This document shows, one piece after another, positions 21,663 to 30,369 of a stretch of 30,369 nucleotides of DNA. The notes below the pieces were generated by a model. It made no database searches and was not told the origin of the DNA. It worked only from the letters and a program-made list of their open reading frames with translations. A program made the position numbers and the translations under genes. The stretch lies in contig NW_021835837.1 of assembly GCF_006345805.1 (NCBI RefSeq), positions 1 to 30,369 on the forward strand, read 5' to 3'. This DNA is from Octopus sinensis (taxonomy: Eukaryota). Within the stretch, counting starts at the first letter, position 1; the number at the start of each line of letters is the position of its first letter.

Positions 21663-21955
21663 ACTCGACCCTTCACGAACAGCTTCCTCTCTGCCAACTT
21701 CTGGGTGAGATCGACTATCCTGTTCGTCACCTTCCACACGTTGTTGTCCACCCCGAGGTCAAGAGCAAACCAGAATCCAAGCAGTTTAACCTGTCATTCC
21801 GTCTAGCGCCCTACAAACTGTCGGTTGGTATGGGTCTGCCTCTCCACCTGCCGATTTGCAGGCCCACCGACTTCTCTTGGATAAGCTTTGCCCCTATCAC
21901 CGCTTCGTGGCCTGTATTATGATGCCGTAGTCTGTGTTAGTTGATACGAACATTC
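21661..21955 (-). mobile_element. Tx1/L1 family C RT fragment
   Basis: Near-identical to 18529-18820 and about 8990-9285. Confidence 0.85.
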
Positions 21956-21980
21956 CACATTCTAAGTCATATATATATAT

Positions 21981-22037
<57 letters not shown>

Positions 22038-22370
22038 CATCTGTATTTCTAATTATATAATTTCGATTTGAAAAGTTTCAATCAGCAGTTTATGACGATT
22101 GGCGGTGGAAGTGGAAGAGTTAAAATGAGAGAGTGGGGAGAGGGAGTGATAGAAGAGAGAGAGGGGAAAGAAGAGGAGGAGAGTTGATGTGTACAATTGT
22201 GAGTGTGTGTGTGTGTGTCTGTGTGTGTGATGCAATTAGATACACAACCCTGCCTAATCTTTTCTTTAATATGAAACTGGAGGGAATATCACATTAACGA
22301 TTGCATTAAATGACAATTTTACTGAGAAGTGAGTGAAAAGTTTAGCCTGAAAAAAATTCCATAATAATAA

Positions 22371-22403
<33 letters not shown>

Positions 22404-22543
22404 TAATAATAATAGTAATAATAATAATAATAAATATTAATAAATATAATGAAAATAATAATAATATTAATAATAATAATGATAATGATAATAATACTAA
22501 TAATAATAATAATATAATAATTATTATTATTATTATTATTATA

Positions 22544-23910
22544 TTTGCCAATAGGGCCGGCATATGGGAGAGAGATACAGTAGAAATGCGGTGAGAGCTG
22601 GCAGAATCTTCAGTACGTCGGGCGAAATGCTTAGCGGTATTTCTTCTGCCGTTACCTTCTGAGTTCAAATTCCGCCGAGTTCGACTTTGCCTTTCATCCT
22701 TTCGGGGTCGATTAAAGAAGTACCAGTTACGCACTGTGATCGATATAATCGAATTAATCCGTTTGTCTGTCCTTGTTTGTCCTCTCTGTGTTTAGCCCCT
22801 TGTGGGTAGTAAAGAAACAGGACACAGTAGACATGGACAGTGGGGATTTAACACAGAGACAACGAGTACACAGTTAAAAGAATAACAATGATATCCGACA
22901 AAAGAATATAACAATGAAAGTTCGTAATAGGTGCAGGTAATCCCCTGGAGTTGGCTCAGGTACCCCCACCCCAATCCTGAACCACTCGACGCTTCGAGAG
23001 CATCTGGGAAGAGCACTCTCCTCCCTTTAAAAATTCACTAGCCCAAATGCGTGTTATTAGAGTAGGTCCACTCAAACGTACCATTTTCTCTGTTCATCCA
23101 CCTTTTGGCAAATGTGCTGGGAGGCAGCACTTCACTCTGCACCCTCATCTTCCTTTCCAAAGGAAATTTGAAAAAGTTGACGAGTGATTGGCCGTAGAGA
23201 AAAGTCTCTGCCTTTAGTCCTTTTAACCTGATCCACAATACAGCCTCTTTCGCTACTGCTATTAGACATAAGTAAATTGCCTGACCTTCCGGACTAATGG
23301 AATGCGGCTGAGCGATCTTCACTACGGACTCGGCCGATAGATAGAACCACCCTACACGTGATAACAGCTGTTCAACATAACTCCACATGTCAGTAATGCA
23401 AGGACACTGGACGAGTGCGTGCAGAATGATTTCATAGCTCTGCGCACATGTCGGGTAGGTCGATCAGACAGCACTTCCGTGCTTGTAGAGTTTATCTCGA
23501 ACCGGCAGTGCCCCCCGATAAACACTGCAAAACAAGGGACTTCTAGAAGTTATCCATCATCCCCGTCTTGAAAGTCCTTCTCAACAGCTGATTAGTTCAA
23601 TTTTGTCAACGCCTAACGTCTCTCCAAGTGCTTCATCGCACTATCCCTCCACTAACCCTCCATAGAACTTCAGAGTGGATTTTCCACTGATCGCATTGCC
23701 CACCTGGTAGAGGACAGTGAGTGCCTAGCAACATTCCAGATGCCAGTAACTCTTCCTCGGTCTCTTCTTGACCCAGGACTGCAGCTTACTCAAGGAGATG
23801 AGTTGTGGAAAAGCCTGTTTGACAAACGATGACCACACCTGTTCACATTAGGCAGAATGTTTGGAGATGCCGCAGCCCCAGTTCATGTCTTTCACAGCAT
23901 GCCAGTGTTC
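22544..23910 (-). mobile_element. Tx1/L1 family A remnant, copy 3
   Basis: ORF 23038-23388 reads MWSYVEQLLSRVGWFYLSAESVVKIAQP...AKEAVLWIRLKGLKAETFLYGQSLVNFFKFPLERKMRVQSEV. Confidence 0.88.
22588..22819 (+). mobile_element. tRNA-derived SINE (family 1), copy 3
   Basis: A- and B-box-like motifs. Flanks GATACAGTAGAAAT (22574-22587) and GACACAGTAGACAT (22821-22834). Confidence 0.87.
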
Positions 23911-24069
23911 CGGAATCGGAAAGCGAAAGCACAAAAACGAAAATGGGAAAAGGGAAAAGTAAAAACAGCATTTAAGTGTTCTCCTTGTTAGACCTTGAAT
24001 TATAAGGCTAATAACATATCAAAAATCTAATCAAGAATAGACGGAATTTTCCAGATCTTCAAAATATAT

Positions 24070-24332
24070 TTATACTTGACAACGACTGAAAATACCCGAC
24101 CTAGAACCAATAGAGAATTAAGCATCTTAGATCTGAACAGGATATGCACTATTTCAGCTAAATAATGTTTATATTTATTCGATCCATTCACATAAGTTAT
24201 GGATTCTCAATTACTTCCCATCCAGTCACATGTAGTGTTTCGTTTTCTTCCAAACTTAGCCAGTTTCGTAGTTTACTTTTGTCCTATGTCGGAAGGGGAT
24301 TATGTGATTGGCATAACGACTTTGAAATTCAC
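24070..24332 (-). mobile_element. Penelope-like GIY-YIG remnant P1, copy 3
   Basis: Colinear with 2017-2281. Confidence 0.75.
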
Positions 24333-25463
24333 CTTAAATAAGCAAAAGATTAAAAGAATAAAAGATTATGTGTGTGTGTGTGTACATGCATACAAAAATA
24401 CACCCACATACGCACGGATATGTACATAAGCGCGCACACACACACATATAGGCGTATGGATTATTGTTTCGGTAAGTTGTGTCCACGAGAAAGACACTTC
24501 CAGTGCTCTCATCTGAAAAGTACCAGCATTAACCAGGGGTTAACATTGCGACAGACTGGTATCCTGTGTGTTGTATCCTTGGGTGTTGAAATACGTTCGA
24601 TACCGAGATATACTGGGAGCCTAATGAGCCTGTAGATCAGGCAGAGAATTTAGCTTAGAAAATGCTTTAATGTAGACATTCAGGCATGCGCAGTCAAGTG
24701 TTTGTGTAACGTTTATGGAGTGAAAGTCGATATGAATATGACAAAAAAAGAAATACCGTATTTTCCGGTGTATAAGCCGCTATTTTCTACCTGGGAAATT
24801 TAGTGTGCCGCTTAGAGAAAGGTGCGCCTAATGTGTGTAACTTTTTTTATAGTTCCAGGAGGAAAATAATTTGTGTATGGAGATCGAATGATTCCACTGA
24901 TTTTTTTGGAGGAAGGGTCGGTCGATGAAAGACTATTGCTACAGGGCATTTGTGCCTGGAAGAAAACAAATCACATTTGTTTTGTTTTAACTTCAAGTTT
25001 TGATAATGTTTTTTTATCCAATAAAGAATTTAATATTGACGGAAGGTGTTTGTTGCTGATTATAGTAAGATAAAATTTTTAAAAAATCAACAATACATCT
25101 CAAAGTTGAAGAATAAAACATTTTGAAAATACATACACATCAACAACAACAAAGCTAGCAGCGGTCACGTGGTTCCATAAGTCTTTATAAAACACCGGTA
25201 GGCTTTATGTGTGGATAAAATCCAAAATTTTCCCCCAAATCCCAAGCTAAACTTCACAATACAATAATACAAACATTAATAAGCCACCTCAATTGTATAA
25301 TACTAATCTTAAGCCAACATTCTACAACCCTGTCTGCGAGACGACAAATATTAGTTCCATTACAACCTCTCAATCCGATACTAATATAAATCCCAATTTA
25401 GATTCTCCCCACTAACAACAAACCAACCAACATCAACATTACTAATAGTAAACCCCAACCACT

Positions 25464-25882
25464 TGCAACTGTCGCGCTTCTGAAATATATGGCATGCAGA
25501 CACCTGTCTCCTCAAAAGCGTAATCTATAAGTGCCACGTGATTACCCCATGCACCCACCAGGCAAGGGTGTATATTAATGGCACTGAGGATTTTCAATGT
25601 CGTTGTCGTGCTCATATGTATTCTTTCACTAATCCCGAATCTAAACTATTTCAATCTTTAGCAACACACATATACAACCTCAATTCAAAACAATGTCCAA
25701 CACGGTCTATCGTGGTTCATAGTATGTGAAGCTCCCCTCTACAACACAAATATAGGTAAATGTATGTTATGTATAAAAGGGTCATTAACTATTCTTCGCC
25801 TCCACAACTCCTCACTGTTAAATTCTCTGACGTTATTTTTTATCGTAAGCATAAAAACTGCCCGACATTCATGCACTTCCCT
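25464..25882 (+). mobile_element. Penelope-like GIY-YIG remnant P2, copy 3 (best preserved)
   Basis: CNCRASEIYG, then CLLKSVIYKCHVITPCTHQARVYINGTEDFQCRCRAH (from 25505), then CEAPLYNTNIGKCMLCIKGSLTILRLHNSSLLNS. Confidence 0.8.
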
Positions 25883-27323
25883 AATTCCAAATAATAAAGC
25901 TCTAATGTAAAACAGTGTCAACCTGACAATCGACAAGTGAACACATTCCAAATAGCAAATATGTGTGTGTGTGTCTATGTATACATATATGTATATATAT
26001 ATATATATATTAATATATATATAATATATATATATCTATATATATATATATATATATATCAGATATATATATATATATATGAGCATATGCAATACATATG
26101 AAATATCCAAAATTGCATTACAAATACATAATATATACATACAAGCTCTTACATACATACATGCAAACACACACACATATACGCACAATATATATACATA
26201 AAACTCCTACATTAATACACAGTATTAAAAACATTAAGTAGTCAGCATATATATATAGATACCTTAGAAATATAAATATATATAACACGCATCCCAAATT
26301 TATTCCATGTATTATGATCAATCGATTTTTCATCCTCCTCTCAGCCTCCTAAATCTCTCCAACACACATCACAAATTTCTTCATTTTTTGCTTTTCACCG
26401 TCTCTACTCTCATTTGACCCTTCTCGGCTTCAAACAATAATTAACAAAAGTCAAATACTAAGAAAAATACCGACCCGATTTTTTGTACTACTAACATCTT
26501 AACCACTCCCTCGTACCTGAAAAGTGTCCTTAAAAATACCCCACGTAATTTGAGATGGAATTGCTGTTTCATTATTGTACCAGCTAGAAGGGATACTCCT
26601 TCAACATTCAGATGAATTACTTATTTATTCACATCGTTTAAAATTAAACATACGTTATCTTCTATCTTTGAGATTTTGATTATGTGATTGCTTACTTTTA
26701 GAATAACTTTAAATGGTGGTTGTGAAAGGGCTGATCTGTTCAGTTTCAACAGAAAACAGGAAGAATATTTGGGCCCGACGTGGCCAGTGCCAATGCTAAT
26801 GGGTTAACTGAAAATTACTGAAGTAAAAATAAAAGCATAAAAAAACATTTTAGGTAATTTGGGGACCCAAATTTATGAAGTCTTAAGGGTGGAGAACCTT
26901 TTTTCCCATCCTTAATGCCGTTGAGGAGACTGGACAATGGCCAATAGAAGGCCGATATAATATAATGAAAATCGTAACTTACCAATGTGCTGTTAGTCTC
27001 TGTTCGTAAGAGGTAGTGAATGTTTATATATCCTATATATATATATGTGCGCATATATATATTGCGTCATTTGTTTATTTACCATAAATTTTTTCATTGA
27101 AGTAGCACACAATTATGCATATATATATATATATATATGTGTGTGTGTTTGTGTGTGTGTAAATATAGATTGGCGTCTTTATTTCTCATTATATGAATCC
27201 GATATGAAAAGTTGCGTCAGCAGTCAAAGATGGGCGTTGATAGTGGAAGAGTGTAAATGAGAGAGGGGAAAGAAAGTGATAGAAAGAGAGAGAGAGAGGG
27301 AGGGAGAAAGAAGAAAAAGAGGG

Positions 27324-27364
<41 letters not shown>

Positions 27365-27730
27365 TGTGATGCTATTAGCTACATAACCATGTACTAAGGA
27401 TTTGGTGAGATTGATACATTTTAATTCCCTTCACTTACTCAGTATACCGTCCTTCTTCCGCGACATTAGCATTCCAGCAGAAATGGAGAAATGAAAATTA
27501 TGTCACTGTCTGGTGTTGCATGTGTGTATGTATGTGTGTGTGTGTATATGCGTCACTGCATGAGACTGTTTACATCCGCGTAACTGAAATTAACTTGAAA
27601 TAATCTAAGTACTATTTTACAAATTGTGATATCTGTGTGTGTGTGTGTGTGTGTATATATATGATATATATATATATATAACACGCACACACAGTTATCA
27701 GAATTATATAAACGTATATATTCATGTATT

Positions 27731-27766
<36 letters not shown>

Positions 27767-27942
27767 TAGGTGAATGAATTATTCTAGCATGGAAAATTCG
27801 TTTAACCGATAGCTGGGTAGCAAATTCACGTCGGAAAACACAGTTGAAGTGACCTGTCAAGGGTAGAAACTCCGGGTTCTTGTGTGCAAATTTGTGTTAT
27901 TTATATGAATAAATGAAAGAATGGAGTCGAACGAGGTTTTTA

Positions 27943-28005
27943 CTCTCGACACATGTTTCGAAGACGGAATAAATGGTGCATTATGCCATCTTCTCATCAG
28001 GAAAG
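27943..28005 (-). ncRNA. Minimal type I hammerhead ribozyme, short-stem-II variant
   Basis: CTTTC-CTGATGA-GAAGATGG-(18-nt loop)-CCGTCTTC-GAAA-C-ATGT-G-TC-GAGAG. Core, stem I and stem III are identical to 15748-15830. Confidence 0.83.
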
Positions 28006-29142
28006 ATTAAGAGCCTCTTTCAGCCACAAGACGAACAAAATTTTTGATGATTGCCTACATGGTGACCACAGTGACAATGAGTGTTTTTTTTAAATAATCC
28101 GTTATAAGCAATGACTTCAGAAATGGGTAGAAGGAGGGAGTAGTAAAAATAGGTAGGGGACAATATGTATGCTGTACGTATGATGATGTGCGGGTGTGTG
28201 CTTGTGTTAATGATTGCGAGTGATTGTGTATGTGTATGAGTGTGTATATAACTGCATTTGTGTCTGTATGTGTTATTGTGTGTGTGAGGTAGACAAACGT
28301 GAAATACACTTAGTAGTAAGGTGTGAAATTTGTGTCTGTGTGTTTGATCGTGCGTGTTATAGAGAGGGATATATATATATATATACATACGTCAAAGAAA
28401 TTTAGTAGCTATGGAACATAAAATCGTTTAAAAGCGACATTAACCGGAAATGATTAAAATATTGTTATACGATCAGACGATAGATTTTTCATGTTTTAGA
28501 ATCATCTCACTTTTGCTCGATAACTATTGATCATCGATCTCTTCCCAAATACAATGTCAAAAGCCAACATTAAAATGAAGTACATTTCTAAATTCATTGT
28601 TAGACCCTCCAGTGTTCACATTGTCATCCACCATTCTCTTCCTGAAGAATCTCTGAAGCTTAAGCTGGATGTGCTAGAAATAGCAGCCAAATATTTCCTC
28701 TGAGCAGACGATAGATTCATTTAACGTTAGTGTCACTTCAGAAAATCAAGTTATCAATAACGATAATAATTTAAATGGTATATATAATGATTGACATGGA
28801 AGCAAACGATACAAATTCATTTAACAATAGTTCGTTTCAGAAAATTACTTTTGTGAAATAAAGTATATGATAGAGAAATTATAACAATTCTGAAGAGGAA
28901 TTAAAGGTTTTAGCAGCTTTAAAGTTATGGGAAAAGAATTTTCGTTATCAAAGTAGCAATATTTTATACGAAAGAAGGATGACAGGCGAGGATTTTGTGG
29001 TGTGAAGGGTCTTCAATTGTATATGTCCTGGTCTGTGTGTGCGTGTGTGTGTGTGTGTGTGTGTTTGTGCCTGTGTGTGTGTTATGCACTGAGATATATA
29101 ACGATTATAATAATGGACACAATTATATTCCAAACTTCTATA

Positions 29143-29550
29143 GGCGCGGGAGTGGCTGTGTGGTAAGTAGCTTGCTTACCAACCACATTGTTCCGGGTTC
29201 AGTCCCACTGCGTGGCACTCTGGGCGAGCGTCTTCTACTATAGCCTCGGCCGACTAAAGACTTGTGAGTGGATTTAGTAGACGGAAACTGAAAGAAGCCC
29301 GTTGTATATATGCATATATATATTTCTATGTGTGTGTTTGTGTGTCAGTGTTTGTCCCGCCCCCCCAACATCGCTTGACAACCGATGCTGGTGTGTTTAT
29401 GTCCCTGTAAGTTAGCGGTTCGGCAAAAGAGACCGATAGAAGAAGTACTAGGCTTACAAAGAATAAGTCCTTGGGTCGATTTACTCGACAAAAGGCGGTG
29501 CTCCAGCACGCCCACATTAAAATCACTGAAACAAGTAAAAGAGTAAAAAA
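29143..29550 (+). mobile_element. tRNA-derived SINE (family 2), full length, copy 3
   Basis: Colinear with 16992-17395; A and B boxes intact. Confidence 0.88.
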
Positions 29551-29905
29551 GAGAGAGAGAGAGCTCATCTGTACCCAAACATTCAATAGTTTGATGTCCT
29601 ATTTTCATAGGAGTGAGGGGAAGAGGGAGAGGAAAACATGCAGGGGCCACTAAACTGTTTAACGTATTTGTATCTGAGAAAGTCTCCAGTATTCTTGATG
29701 CCTTCTGCAAAAAGTGAAAGATAAAAAAGGAAATTGGAAAAAAAAACTAATTGTCTTCCAGTATCTGTGTGTGTGTCTGTGTGCGTGTGTGTGTGTGTCT
29801 GTGTGTGTTTGTGTGTGATGCAATGAGATACATAACCATGCCTATAAGTTTCTTTAATATAAAACTGAAGTGAATATTAATGATAATATTAAATGACAAT
29901 ATTAA

Positions 29906-30369
29906 TATTTTACATTCCACCGGTATCAGTATCTGAGTCTAAAGTTATAATTACTGCATACTGGTGGTACAGTTTTCAACCAGCAGGATGTAACCTGATG
30001 CTAATGCTTATGATATACATGCAGCAGAAAGGCGTGTCGTTCACAGGTTTAAAATAACTAAATTGCATTGTATATAAAATATGCTAAAAAGTAAGTTACT
30101 TCATGTGTAACATTTAATTCTTATTTTAATGTATTTTACACAGGATAAAACCCGAAATAGTGAACTCGGAATTTTGGAACTAAGTGAAAGACAATGATTG
30201 TTTACCATAAAGATTTTCCCGTTTTGCCGGACCATTCGATGTGGTTTAGCAGAGCCTGGATTGTAGTACAATGCTTGTAAGTTGCGTTCCATGATTTGAT
30301 TTTCCTCTCCCTTTATATTATGTATATGTGTGTGTGAAAGTGTGTGTCTGCGTGTGTGTTTGTGTGTGT
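29906..30369 (+). repeat. Duplicated block D, second copy (runs off the window)
   Basis: Near-identical to 5353-5830. Confidence 0.93.

Larger units (their letters stand above)
21661..29898 (+). repeat. Segmental duplication unit, copy 3
   Basis: Colinear with copy 2 from the L1-C fragment (about 8990, equivalent to 18529) to AAATGACA (about 17746 versus 29891). Confidence 0.93.

Overview
Eukaryotic, AT-rich, repeat-dominated DNA with no complete protein-coding gene. From memory, the SINE families and the (AAT)n/(GATA)n/(AT)n/(GT)n load look like Octopus or another coleoid cephalopod; this is an inference, not a database result. The window is a rearranged tandem array of a roughly 9.5-12 kb unit: copies at about 1-5240, 8945-18480 and 21661-29898, plus a partial 3.2 kb module at 18481-21662. 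The unit is built almost entirely from nested retroelement remnants. These are Tx1/L1-clade LINE 3' parts, two tRNA-derived SINE families, two different Penelope-like GIY-YIG endonuclease remnants, an R4/Dong-type REL-endonuclease LINE inside (TAA)n and a Tx1 LINE inside (GATA)n. The best non-annotated signal is a complete minimal type I hammerhead ribozyme on the minus strand (15748-15830). Its duplicate (27943-28005) carries a 20-nt deletion that leaves the fold intact, and a decayed hammerhead-like motif lies at 8797-8862. One SINE tail matches the Tx1 LINE 3' end at 35/43 nt, suggesting a SINE-LINE partnership. Most ORFs in the supplied track are microsatellite translations or TE fragments. 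The many single-base indels between copies may partly be long-read errors. All alignments and folds were done by eye, and coordinates of degraded elements are approximate.
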